A DNA stretch of 64,000 nucleotides from an uncultured delta proteobacterium (lineage in GTDB: Bacteria; Myxococcota; Myxococcia; SLRQ01). The stretch lies in the NCBI GenBank assembly GCA_963727485.1, contig CAVSGM010000009.1, positions 155,009 through 219,008 on the forward strand. The letters are read 5' to 3'. Of the stretch, positions 33,621 to 43,271 are shown in pieces. How positions within the stretch are numbered: the first letter of the stretch is position 1; each line of letters starts with the position of its first letter. The position numbers and the translations under genes are program-made. The notes under the pieces are model-generated. The model saw only the letters and a program-made list of their open reading frames with translations, was not told the DNA's origin and did not search any database.

Positions 33621-34675
33621 CCTTCCCCTCCCCGGCCGGCGGCGGCCGGGTCGCCGGCGGGGGCGGCGCCGTCGAGGACCGCGAGCGCCGCCGCGATCAC
33701 CGGCGCCGGCGCCAGGTCCGCCAGGCACCGGTGGTGGCCCAGGGGGCACGCCTGTGCCCCATGGTTCGAGCAGGGGCTGCAGTCGAGCCCCAGGGACAGC
33801 ACCCGGCTCCCGGCCGGGGCCCAGCGGCTCGGCGCGGTGGGCCCGAACACGGACACCACCGGCGCCCCCACCGCCGAGGCGAGGTGGGCGAGGCCCGTGT
33901 CCCCGGCGACCAGGACGTCGGTGGCGGCGAGGACCCCGGCGAGGCCCGGGAGGTCCCGGTCGCTGGCGTCGAGATCGAAGGCGACGGCGGCCCGGCAGGC
34001 CTCCAGGGCCGGACCGTCCCCGGGGCCGCCCACCAGGACCAGGGCCGCGCCCCGGGCCTCGGCGAGGTGCCGGGCGACCGCCGCGAAGCGCGCCGGGTCC
34101 CAGCGCTTGGTGGCCCAGGTCGCCCCGGGGGCCACGGCGACCACCGGCCGGCGCCCGAGGGCGGCGACGGCCCGGGCCCCGGCGTCCCGGGCGGCCTCGG
34201 GGAGGGCGACCGCGGGGGTGAGGGCCCCCTTGCCCCGGGGGGGATCCACGCCGAGGAGCTCGAGGGCGTCGAGGTAGAGGCGCGTGGCGTGGCGGCCCTG
34301 GCGCACCGCGTCCCGGCCCACCAGGGCGGCGAGCCCCCCGGTGAGGGTCCGGCGCCGGAAGGCCAGGCGCCGCGGGGCCCCGAGGCGCCGCCCCAGGACC
34401 GCGGTCCGGACCTTGTGCTGGAGATCGACGTAGGTGGTGACCGGCCCGTCGGCCTTCAGGGCCCGGGCCAGCTCCCCCACCGGCCGGCCCCGCGCCCAGG
34501 GGACCACCCGGTCGAGGAAGTCGAGGCCCTCGAGCAGCGGCGCGTAGGCCGGGGAGGTCACCAGGGTCAGGGGCGCGTCGGGGTGGGCGTGGGCCAGGGC
34601 CCGGAGCGCCGGGGTGGCGAGGAGCACGTCCCCGAGGGCGGTGAGGCGCACCGCCACCATCCGGCGGTCGCTCAC
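33617..34675 (-). CDS. GT9 LPS heptosyltransferase (WaaF/WaaC-like)
   Basis: RLTALGDVLLATP, PGATWATKRW, DTGLAHLA, FGPT, CSPCS..C..GHHRCL. Confidence 0.88.
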   Translation of the reverse strand: MSDRRMVAVRLTALGDVLLATPALRALAHAHPDAPLTLVTSPAYAPLLEGLDFLDRVVPWARGRPVGELARALKADGPVTTYVDLQHKVRTAVLGRRLGAPRRLAFRRRTLTGGLAALVGRDAVRQGRHATRLYLDALELLGVDPPRGKGALTPAVALPEAARDAGARAVAALGRRPVVAVAPGATWATKRWDPARFAAVARHLAEARGAALVLVGGPGDGPALEACRAAVAFDLDASDRDLPGLAGVLAATDVLVAGDTGLAHLASAVGAPVVSVFGPTAPSRWAPAGSRVLSLGLDCSPCSNHGAQACPLGHHRCLADLAPAPVIAAALAVLDGAAPAGDPAAAGRGGEG

Positions 34676-35985
34676 GAGGCCTCCGGCACCGGTGGCGCGG
34701 GCGCGTCCGGGCGAGGCTCGTGGCCGAGGAGGCGGAGCATGTAGGCGACGTTCCGGGCGCTGGCCCCCCGGATGCCCCGGACGGTGCGGCTGGCCAGCGC
34801 CCCGAGCTCCTCGACCTTGTCGGGCCGGGCGAAAAGCTCGGCGGCCACGGTTCGGAACTGCTCGGCGTCCCGGACCTGGATCCCCCCGCGCCCCACCAGG
34901 ACCTGCACCGAGTCGTGGAAGTTCTCCATGTTGGGGCCGAAGAGGACCGCCTTGCCCTGGGCCGCGGGCTCGAGGATGTTCTGGCCGCCCCGGTCGGTGA
35001 ACGAGCCGCCGACGAAGACGAGGGTCGCCAGGCGGTAGGCGGCGACGAGCTCGCCGATGGTGTCGAGGATGACCACCGGGGCCTCCCGGCCGCAGCCCTC
35101 GCTCCGGAGGCAGGCGGCGAGCCCCGCGTCCTCCACCAGCTCCATCACCCGGGGCACCCGCTCGAGGTAGCGCGGGGCGATGACCAGCTTCAGGTCCGGG
35201 AACTCGCCGACGAGGCGCCGGTAGACGTCGAGGATGAGCCCCTCCTCGCCCTCGTGGGTGCTCCCGGCGATGAGCACCCGGTCGCCGGGGCCGATGCCCA
35301 GCGCCGGCGCCAGGTCGCCCCGCTTGGCCTCGGCGCCCAGGAGCAGGGCGTCGAACTTGGTGTTCCCGGTGACCCACACCCGGTCCAGCGGCGCCCCGAG
35401 CCCCAGGACCCGCTCGGCCTCGTCGTCCTCGCGCATGAGGAAGAGGTCGACCTCGCGCAGCGGCTGGCCCACCAGCTTGAAGAAGCGCCGGTAGCGCCCG
35501 AGGTTCGCCGGCGAGAAGCGGCCGTTGGTGAGCACCACCCGGGCCCCGGCCCGGCGGGCGGCGCGGATGAGGTTCGGCCAGATCTCGGTGTACTCGAGGA
35601 CCAGGAGGTCGGGCTGGATCGCCCGGGTGGCGCGGCGGGTGGCCCCGAGGAGGTCCCAGGGGGCGTAGGTCACCGCGTCGACGCCGCCGATGCGCCGGGC
35701 CATCAGCGCCCCGGAGTTGGTGAGGCACGAGAGGATGATGGTGCACCCGGGGAGCCTGGCCTTGAACTCCTGGATCATCGGCGCCAGGGCCGAGAGATCG
35801 CCGGCGGAGGCGCCGTGGAGCCAGATCCGGGGCGCCTCGGGCCCCCGAGGGCGGTCCGCGAGGAAGTCCGCCGGGTAACGCCCCAGCCGCCGGCCCCACC
35901 CCTCCCGGGTCTTGGTGTGGACCAGGAGGACCGGCAGCAGCAGGACGAAGAGGGCGTAGGAGCCGATGACGTAGAGCAGGTGCAG
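34672..35985 (-). CDS. waaA: Kdo transferase (start uncertain: CTG 35985 or TTG 36036)
   Basis: IWLHGASAGD, EIWPNL, GNTKFD, GSTHEGEE, DTIGEL, GGQNILEPA. Confidence 0.93.
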   Translation of the reverse strand: MHLLYVIGSYALFVLLLPVLLVHTKTREGWGRRLGRYPADFLADRPRGPEAPRIWLHGASAGDLSALAPMIQEFKARLPGCTIILSCLTNSGALMARRIGGVDAVTYAPWDLLGATRRATRAIQPDLLVLEYTEIWPNLIRAARRAGARVVLTNGRFSPANLGRYRRFFKLVGQPLREVDLFLMREDDEAERVLGLGAPLDRVWVTGNTKFDALLLGAEAKRGDLAPALGIGPGDRVLIAGSTHEGEEGLILDVYRRLVGEFPDLKLVIAPRYLERVPRVMELVEDAGLAACLRSEGCGREAPVVILDTIGELVAAYRLATLVFVGGSFTDRGGQNILEPAAQGKAVLFGPNMENFHDSVQVLVGRGGIQVRDAEQFRTVAAELFARPDKVEELGALASRTVRGIRGASARNVAYMLRLLGHEPRPDAPAPPVPEAS

Positions 35986-36010
35986 GGGGGGCCCTCCAGC
36001 GCCGCGGAGC

Positions 36011-36760
36011 CTACCCGCCGGGCCCGCCGGCTTCAAGGCGCGGGGCCTCGTCCGAGGCGAGGGCGGCGGCGCACACCGGGCACGGCTTCACCCCGGTCGC
36101 CGCGGGCTCCGGGGGCGCGGCGCAGGCGGCGTCGGCCTCGGCCGTGGCGGCGTGGATCCGCCGGCCGAGCTCGGCGGCCAGGGCCGGGAGGTCGTCGCGC
36201 CGGGCCCGCCGGGGCACCACCAGGGGCTCCCCGAGGACCACCACCCCCCGGGTGAAGGGCGCCGGCAGGAGGTAGCGATCCCAGCTCCGGACGAAGACGT
36301 GACGCCGGCGCACCCCGACCCCCACGGGGATCACCGGCCGGCCGGTGAGCCGCGCCAGGAGCAGCACCCCCGCGTGGACCGTGTGGCAGGGGCCCCGGCC
36401 CCCGTCGACGGTGAACGCCGCCCCGGCGCCGGCCCGGACCAGGCGGGCCAGGGCCTTGAGGCCGCTGGCGCCCTGCCCGCCCCCGCTCCCCCGGGCGACC
36501 CGGAAGCCCAGGCCCCGGAGGATGCGCGCCTGGAGGTCCCCGTCCCGGGAGTTGGAGACCAGGACCGCGGTCCCCGGGGGCACGTCCCAGGCGAAGAGGG
36601 GGAGCTGGCGGCCGTGCCAGAAGGCGTAGAGGGGCCGGGTGCCCGCGGCCTCGAGGCGGTCGCGGGCGGCGCGGTTGACCGTGCGCAGGCGCACGGTGCC
36701 GGTGAGCAGGCGGATCACGAGGCCGGCGAGGTCGGCCAGGCGCCGGCGCCAGAAGCCCAT
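36011..36760 (-). CDS. DUF374 / lysophospholipid acyltransferase-like protein
   Basis: AFWHGRQ, S.SRDG, RGS, TVDG.RGP, SWDRYLLP.PF. Confidence 0.85.
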   Translation of the reverse strand: MGFWRRRLADLAGLVIRLLTGTVRLRTVNRAARDRLEAAGTRPLYAFWHGRQLPLFAWDVPPGTAVLVSNSRDGDLQARILRGLGFRVARGSGGGQGASGLKALARLVRAGAGAAFTVDGGRGPCHTVHAGVLLLARLTGRPVIPVGVGVRRRHVFVRSWDRYLLPAPFTRGVVVLGEPLVVPRRARRDDLPALAAELGRRIHAATAEADAACAAPPEPAATGVKPCPVCAAALASDEAPRLEAGGPGG

Positions 36761-38616
36761 CACCCCTCGGCGGCGCGGCCGGTGCCGTCGGCGGCGTCTC
36801 CGGCCGCGGCGCCCTCCCCCACGAGCTGCAGGTCGTGGAGGCGCCGGTAGAGCCCGCCTCGGGCGAGGAGGGCCGCGTGGGTCCCGGTCTCGGCGACCCG
36901 GCCTCCCTCGAGGACCACGATCCGGTCGGCGTCGCGGATGGTCGAGAGGCGGTGGGCGATGACCACCACGGTGCGCCCGGCCATGAGCTCGGCCAGCGCC
37001 CGCTGCACCGCCCGCTCGTTCTCGGTGTCGAGGTTGCTGGTGGCCTCGTCGAGGACGAGGATCGGCGCGTCCTTGCACAGGGCCCGGGCGATGGCGAGGC
37101 GCTGGCGCTGGCCCCCGGAGAGGGTCACCCCGCGCTCGCCGAGGCGGGTGTCGAGGCCGCCCGGGAGCGCCGCCACGAAGTCGGTCGCCTGGGCCCGGGC
37201 CAGGGCGTCCCAGACCGCGTCGTCGCCGACGTCGGGGTTGCCGTAGGTGACGTTGGCGCGCACCGAGTCGTTGAAGATGATGGTGTCCTGGCTGACCACC
37301 GCCACCTGCCGGCGCAGGGACTCGAGGCGCACCTCGCGCAGGTCGTGGCCGTCGAAACGCACGGTGCCGGCGGTGGGGTCGTAGAAGCGGGGGATGAGGT
37401 TGACCAGCGTGCTCTTCCCGCCGCCCGAGGGGCCCACCAGCGCCAGGACCTTGCCCTTCTCGATGGTGAGGTCGATGCCCTGGAGGGCCTCGGTGCCCGG
37501 GCCGCCGCCGCCGGCGCGGCCGTAGACCAGGCGCACGTCCTCGAAGCGCAGGGCCTCGGCGAAGGGCGCCAGGTCCACGGCCCCGGGGGCGTCGGCGATC
37601 TCGGGGGCGGTGTCGAGGATCTCGAAGATGCGCTCGGCGCTGGCGGCGCCGGTGATGATGAAGTTCTGGAGACGCCCCAGGCTCTTCACCGGCTGGTACA
37701 TCAGCATCACCGTGGCGAAGAACGAGAGGAACTTCGCCGGGTCGAGGTCGCCGCGGCCGATGGCGCTGGTGGCGTACCAGAGGGTGACGGAGAGCCCGGC
37801 GACGGCCATCACCTCCATGGTCGGCGTGGAGGCGCCGCGCACCAGGAACGACCGGCGCATCACCGAGAGGAAGTGGTCGTTCTCGGCGTCGAAGCGCGCG
37901 TTCTCCCAGGGCTCCATGGTGAAGGCCTGGACCACCCGGATGCCCCCGATCACCTCGTGGATGATCTCGGTGATCCGGCCCATGACCGTGTTCGACTGCT
38001 TGGTCACCTTCCGCAGGCGCCTGGCGAAGCGGACGATGGGATAGAGGGTCGCGGGGATGATGCCGAAGGCGAGCACCGAGAGGCGCCAGTCGAGGTAGAA
38101 GGCGACGCCGAGGAGCACGATGATCTGCAGGGTGTCGCGGACGATGGAGGTGGCCGCGTAGGTCACCGCGGTCTGCACCTGCATCACGTCGTTGGTGAAG
38201 CGGCTGATGAGGTCGCCGGAGTGGTTGGCGGTGAACCAGCCGGGCGAGAGGCCGAGGAGGTGGCGGAAGAGGTGGCGGCGGAGGTCGACGATGACCTTCT
38301 GCCCGGTCATCCCCATGAAGAAGAACTGGCCGAAGTAGCTCACGCCCTTGACCAGCGCCACCAGGAAGACCATCACCGGGAGGATGAGCAGCACCTCCTT
38401 CTTGTCGAGGTGCGAGAGGTCCACGTGGGGGACGATGCGGCTCACCGCCGCCAGGCCCTTCTGCCCGCCGGTGAGGAGGAACTGGAGGACCGGGCCCACC
38501 AGGTAGGCGTAGAGCCCGGTGGTGAGCGCCAGGGTCACCATGCACACCAGCGCCGCCGCCAGGCCCTTCTTGTAGGGCTTCAGGTAGCGCAGGAGGCGGA
38601 GGTAGACGCGGACCAT
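36760..38616 (-). CDS. msbA: Lipid A export ABC transporter
   Basis: TM domain plus GPSGGGKST, LSGGQRQR, LVLDEATS; located in the lipid A cluster. Confidence 0.88.
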   Translation of the reverse strand: MVRVYLRLLRYLKPYKKGLAAALVCMVTLALTTGLYAYLVGPVLQFLLTGGQKGLAAVSRIVPHVDLSHLDKKEVLLILPVMVFLVALVKGVSYFGQFFFMGMTGQKVIVDLRRHLFRHLLGLSPGWFTANHSGDLISRFTNDVMQVQTAVTYAATSIVRDTLQIIVLLGVAFYLDWRLSVLAFGIIPATLYPIVRFARRLRKVTKQSNTVMGRITEIIHEVIGGIRVVQAFTMEPWENARFDAENDHFLSVMRRSFLVRGASTPTMEVMAVAGLSVTLWYATSAIGRGDLDPAKFLSFFATVMLMYQPVKSLGRLQNFIITGAASAERIFEILDTAPEIADAPGAVDLAPFAEALRFEDVRLVYGRAGGGGPGTEALQGIDLTIEKGKVLALVGPSGGGKSTLVNLIPRFYDPTAGTVRFDGHDLREVRLESLRRQVAVVSQDTIIFNDSVRANVTYGNPDVGDDAVWDALARAQATDFVAALPGGLDTRLGERGVTLSGGQRQRLAIARALCKDAPILVLDEATSNLDTENERAVQRALAELMAGRTVVVIAHRLSTIRDADRIVVLEGGRVAETGTHAALLARGGLYRRLHDLQLVGEGAAAGDAADGTGRAAEG

Positions 38617-38652
38617 CTCGGGGCGGAGCCTAGACCAGGGCCGGCGCGGCGG

Positions 38653-39759
38653 CTACCGGGCGGGGGCGGCCCGGGCGCGCGGCAGGGCGACGGCCACGTG
38701 GCGGCCGTCGGGGGAGACGTCGAAGCAGTGGATCCCCAGGCGCGACTCGACCACCGGCGAGGTGGGATCGCCCTCGAGGTCCCCGCGGACGAGGTGGGTG
38801 GTCCGGGTCCGGCCCTTGGTGCCCTTGCCGGGGACCAGGTTGCTCGCGAAGTAGAGGGTCCGCCCCTGGAGGTGGACGGCCCGGGCGATGACCCCGCTGT
38901 AGGGCACGGCGATCTTCGAGGTCTTCTCGTCGACCACCACCACCGCCTCGCCCCGGGCGAAGGCGAGGCGGTCGCCGTTCCAGTCCGGGTCCGCGTCGTT
39001 CATCCGCCGCTCCGGACCCGACTTCGCCTCGGCGACCACCTCCCCCGGCGGGGTGCCGTTCGCCGGGAGGATGCGGACCCGGCTCGAGCCGTGGGCCTGG
39101 ATCGCCGAGAGGACCAGCCGGGTGCCGCCTTGGGCGTAGCGCGGGCCCGAGAGGTCGTGGAAGGGCTGGGGCACCAGGCGGGGCCTGCCGCCGGCCAGGG
39201 GCACGAAGCCCAGGGACGCCTGGGCCCCGTCCACGTAGCGGAAGGCCACGGTCCGGCCGTCGGGGGAGACCGCCGGGGCGGTGGCGTCGCCGTCGAGGTG
39301 GGTCAGGGGGTGGGCCTTGCCCGTGGCCAGGTCCACCACCCAGAGGTCGAAGCCGTGGGCGCCCTGGTGCTGGAAGACCAGCCGGTGGCCGTCGGGGGTG
39401 TAGGCGGGGCAGTCGTCGGCGCCGGGGGCGTCGAAGACCAGGTGCCGCGAGCCGTCGGCGAGGTCCACCCGGTAGAGGGCGAGGCTGCGCTTGAGGCGGC
39501 CGAGGGTGCGGACCTGCTGGGCCATGTAGAGGCCGCCGCCGGCCCAGGCGAGGGTCGAGAGGCCCCCGACGACCACCGCGAAGAAGGCGAGGTTGGTGCC
39601 CCCCGAGGTGCCCCGCTGGTGGAGCTGGCGGTAGGCGAGGACGGCCAGCACGAAGGCGAGGAGGCCCAGGCCCGGGATGCAGGCGAAGAGCGAGAGCACG
39701 AAGGCGGCGGTGGCCAGACCGTTGCGCGGGGCGGGCTTGGACGAGGGGGGCGGGTTCAT
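38653..39759 (-). CDS. DUF4190-like 2-TM domain fused to a TolB-like (PD40) beta-propeller
   Basis: [18 protein letters not shown]; repeats PAYTPDG, PAVSPDG, DVSPDG. Confidence 0.7.
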   Translation of the reverse strand: MNPPPSSKPAPRNGLATAAFVLSLFACIPGLGLLAFVLAVLAYRQLHQRGTSGGTNLAFFAVVVGGLSTLAWAGGGLYMAQQVRTLGRLKRSLALYRVDLADGSRHLVFDAPGADDCPAYTPDGHRLVFQHQGAHGFDLWVVDLATGKAHPLTHLDGDATAPAVSPDGRTVAFRYVDGAQASLGFVPLAGGRPRLVPQPFHDLSGPRYAQGGTRLVLSAIQAHGSSRVRILPANGTPPGEVVAEAKSGPERRMNDADPDWNGDRLAFARGEAVVVVDEKTSKIAVPYSGVIARAVHLQGRTLYFASNLVPGKGTKGRTRTTHLVRGDLEGDPTSPVVESRLGIHCFDVSPDGRHVAVALPRARAAPAR

Positions 39760-41183
39760 CGCACGGTCTCCGGAGGACGGCAGCGCACGCGGGCGAGGAC
39801 GAGGGGGCGGTAGGATGGCCCCAGGAGGGTGGGTGCGTCCACCTCCGCGCACCGGTCGGGGAGGCGCGGGCGGTGGGCACGGGGGGCGAGGACCAGGACC
39901 TCGCCGGCGGTGGGCCACGCCGGGCGGGGCCAGCGGTCGAACTGGGAGGGGCGGCCGAGGTCGAGGACGCGCACCGGGGCGCAGGCCCGGGCCACCTCGA
40001 GGACCTCGGCGCCGAGGCCGTAGCCGGCGACGGCGAGGCGGGCGGTCCCCTTGGCCGGGTGGAGGGCCGCGCAGGGGGCCGCCAGCTCCCGGGCCAGGAC
40101 GTCCCAGCCCCGCAGGCGCGTGGTCGGGTCCCGGGGGACGAAGGGGAGCCCGGTGACGGCGACCAGGTGGACGGCGAGGACCAGGGGCGCGCAGGTCCAG
40201 GCCGCGGCCCGGAGGAGGCGCCGGGACGGCCGGGACGCGGCGAGGCCCACCAGGGCCGGGAGGTAGGCGGGGCCGGGCCAGTTGGGCTCCACCCGGCGCA
40301 GGAGGGCCACCGCGGCGAAGACGGCGAAGAGCGGGAGGCCGAGGGCCAGGAGCATCCGGTCGGCGGGCCCCCGGCGGCGCCAGGCCCCGAGGGCCCAGAG
40401 GCAGACGGCGGCCGCGAGGACCGGGGTCAGGAGGCCCACCTGGCCGCCGACGAAGGCCGGGAGCCACCGGCCCGGCACGCCCTGGCGCGCCAGGTGGTGG
40501 GCGAGCTGGAAGGCGGTGTCCGACTGGGCCGGGGCGGCGAGGGTCGAGGCGAGCCAGGGGCTGGCGACGGCGGCGGCGGCGAGGGGGACGGCGAGGAGGC
40601 GGGCGCCGAGGCGCCGGGTCGCCGGGACCCAGAGGAGGCCCCCGAGGGCCGAGGCGGTGAGCACCCCGCCCGGGAGCTTGGAGAGGATCCCCAGGCCGCA
40701 CACCGCCCCCAGGGCAAGGAGGCGGCCCCACCCCACCGGTCGACCGGCGCCGGCGCGCTGCACCACGTCCACCGCGAGCCAGGTGGCCCCGGCCCAGGCG
40801 ACGGCCAGCGGCGTGTCCGGGGTGACCACGACGCCGAGGGCGTGGAGGAGGACGGTGCCGGTGGCGAGCCAGGCGGCGAGGGCCCCGGCGCCTGGGCCGG
40901 CGAGGCGCCAGGCGGCCCCGGCGAGGAGGACGGGGACCGCGGCGGCGGCGACCAGCGCCGGGAGCCGGACCCCGAGGACGCCCGGGAGGAGCGCGCGGCC
41001 GGCGGCGATGACGAAGGCGACCGCCGGCGGATGGTCGAGGTAGGTGGCGGCGAGGTGGTGGGACCAGGCGGCGTAGTAGGCCTCGTCCGGGGAGAGCCCG
41101 GTGAGGCCGGCGACGGCGAGGTGGCCGGCGAGGCCCAGGCCCACCGCGGCGGCGATCCAGGCCAGGGCGCGCCTCGGGGTCAC
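39756..41183 (-). CDS. ArnT/PMT-like (GT39/GT83) membrane glycosyltransferase
   Basis: PDEAYY..WS, YLDHPP, VRLP, TPDTPL, LSK, NWPGPAY, multi-TM. Confidence 0.85.
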   Translation of the reverse strand: MTPRRALAWIAAAVGLGLAGHLAVAGLTGLSPDEAYYAAWSHHLAATYLDHPPAVAFVIAAGRALLPGVLGVRLPALVAAAAVPVLLAGAAWRLAGPGAGALAAWLATGTVLLHALGVVVTPDTPLAVAWAGATWLAVDVVQRAGAGRPVGWGRLLALGAVCGLGILSKLPGGVLTASALGGLLWVPATRRLGARLLAVPLAAAAVASPWLASTLAAPAQSDTAFQLAHHLARQGVPGRWLPAFVGGQVGLLTPVLAAAVCLWALGAWRRRGPADRMLLALGLPLFAVFAAVALLRRVEPNWPGPAYLPALVGLAASRPSRRLLRAAAWTCAPLVLAVHLVAVTGLPFVPRDPTTRLRGWDVLARELAAPCAALHPAKGTARLAVAGYGLGAEVLEVARACAPVRVLDLGRPSQFDRWPRPAWPTAGEVLVLAPRAHRPRLPDRCAEVDAPTLLGPSYRPLVLARVRCRPPETVR

Positions 41184-41950
41184 CGGTCGAAGCGCAGCTT
41201 CCACACCAGCACCACCGCCTCGGCGAAGATCCGGCGGCTCATCTTGGACTGACCCACCCGACGGTCCTCGAAGACGATGGGCACCTCGACCACGGTGAGG
41301 CCCCGGCGCACCGCCCGGAGGGTGAGCTCGATCTGGAAGGCGTAGCCCTCGGAGCGCACGGTGGCGAGGTCGAGGGCCTCGAGGGCGCGCCGGCGGAAGA
41401 CCTTGAAGCCCCCGGTGAGATCCCGCTGCGTGAGGCCGAGGATGGTCCGGGCGTAGATCGAGCCGCCCTGGGAGAGGAGGCGGCGGCCCAGGCCCCAGTG
41501 GCGCACCCCGCCGCCGGGGACGTAGCGGGAGCCCAGGACCACGTCGGCCCGGCTGCTCGCCCGGAGGAGGTCCGGGAGGGATCGCGGCGGGTGGGAGAAG
41601 TCGGCGTCCATCTCCAGGACCAGGTCGTGGCCCTCGGCCAGGGCCCAGGCGAAGCCCGCGAGGTAGGCCCGGCCCAGGCCCTGCTTCCCCGGGCGGTGGA
41701 GGACGTGGACCCGCGGGTCGTCCGCGGCGAGGGCGTCGGCGAGCTCGCCGGTGCCGTCGGGGCTGGCGTCGTCGACGACGAGGACCTCCACGGCGCAGGG
41801 GAGCGCGGCGGTGGCCTCGAAGATGGCGGCGACCAGGGGGCCGAGGTTCTCCCGCTCGTCGTAGGTCGGGAGGATGACCAGGGCGCGCTTGCCGGTGAGC
41901 CAGGCGTCGGCGCCGTCGGCCCGGGCCCCTTTGCCGCCGCGGTCAGCCAT
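41180..41950 (-). CDS. Polyprenol monophosphomannose synthase-like GT2
   Basis: [51 protein letters not shown]. Confidence 0.9.
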   Translation of the reverse strand: MADRGGKGARADGADAWLTGKRALVILPTYDERENLGPLVAAIFEATAALPCAVEVLVVDDASPDGTGELADALAADDPRVHVLHRPGKQGLGRAYLAGFAWALAEGHDLVLEMDADFSHPPRSLPDLLRASSRADVVLGSRYVPGGGVRHWGLGRRLLSQGGSIYARTILGLTQRDLTGGFKVFRRRALEALDLATVRSEGYAFQIELTLRAVRRGLTVVEVPIVFEDRRVGQSKMSRRIFAEAVVLVWKLRFDR

Positions 41951-43165
41951 GGTGGGCCTCCGGTGGGACGCCGGGCGACGGGGCGACGCCGGGCGACGGG
42001 CTGGCCGGCGGCGGGAGGAGCGCGCCGGCCTCCTCGGCGACGCGCCCGGCGGCCCCGGGGGTCCCCATCCGCGCCCGGACCTCGGCGAGGCCCGCCAGGG
42101 TCGCCTGCCGCGCGGCGCCCCCGGGGAGCAGGGCCTCGAGGTGGCCGGCGATGGCCTTCGGGCGCATGCCCCACTGGACGAGCTCGGGCACCAGGCGCCG
42201 GCCGGCGAGGAGGTTGACCAGGGCCACATGCGCGGTGCGCACCAGGCCCTTCGCCAGGGCCCAGGTCACCCAGCTCATCCGGTAGACGACGACCATGGGC
42301 CGCACCGCCAGCGCCGCCTCGAGGGTGGCGGTCCCGCTGGTGACCACCGCGGCGTCGGCGGCCTCGAGGGCCTCCCGGGCCCGGCCGTCGACCAGGTGCA
42401 CCGGCGGCAGCCCCGGGGTCCCGGCGATGCGGGCCTCGAGGGCCGCGCGGTCGAGGGTGGGCGCCACCGGGAGGACCACCTGGAGCCCCGGCCGACGGGC
42501 GGCGACCCGCCGCGCGGCGTCGAGCATGGCCGGGAGGCACCGGGCGATCTCCATGCGCCGGCTCCCGGGGAGGAGCGCCAGGGTGGGGACGCCCGGCTCG
42601 AGGCCCAGGTCCCGGCGGAGGGCGGCGACGTCCCGGGGCGCGCCGGCGCCGGGTGCGCGGGCCCCTCGTCGAGGAGCGGGTGGCCCACGTAGCGCGCGGC
42701 GACCCCGGCGGCGGCGTAGAGCTCGGCCTCGAAGGGGAGGATGACGAGCATCCGGTCGACCCACCGGGCCACCTGCTTCACCCGGCCCCGGCGCCAGGCC
42801 CAGACCGTGGGGCCGATGAAGTAGAGCACCGGGATGCCCAGGGCCTTGAGGCGCCGGGCGAGGCGGAGGTTGAGGTCGGGGCTGTCGACCAGCAGCGCCA
42901 CCTGGGGCCGGCGCGCCGCCGCCTCCCGGGTCAGGGCCTTCAGGATGCCCAGCGCCCGGGGGAGGGCGCCGAGGACCTCGGTGAGGCCCATGACCGAGAG
43001 CGCCTCGGCCCGGGCCACCGCCTCGACCCCCTCGGCCCGGAGCCGGGGGCCGGCGAGGCCAAAGGCCTCGAGGTCCGGGTGGGCCACGCGGAGGCGGCGC
43101 ACCACCTCGGCGGCGTGCAGGTCGGCCGACGCCTCGGCCGCCACGATGAGCACCCTCGCTGCCAC
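41943..43165 (-). CDS. lpxB: Lipid A disaccharide synthase, split by a 1-nt frameshift near 42630-42665
   Basis: N-half (AEASADLH, VDSPDLNL, PTVWAWR, ILPFE, VGHPL) and C-half (LLPGSR..EI, SGTATLE, LVNLL, PELVQ) lie in different frames. Confidence 0.9.
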
Positions 43166-43271
43166 GGCGGGCGGTTGTAGCACGCCCGGGGCGGCGCCGC
43201 CCGGGTCCCGGGCCGGGATCCCAGGGGGGTGATAGGATCCCGGGCGAGGCGCGATCCGCCCGACCTCCACC

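Noticed and set aside
41967..42000. 18-nt tandem duplication at the lpxB 3' end, and a 12-nt duplication at the rnz 3' end (about 56629-56658)
   Set aside because: Short in-frame duplications in disordered C-terminal tails; probably neutral
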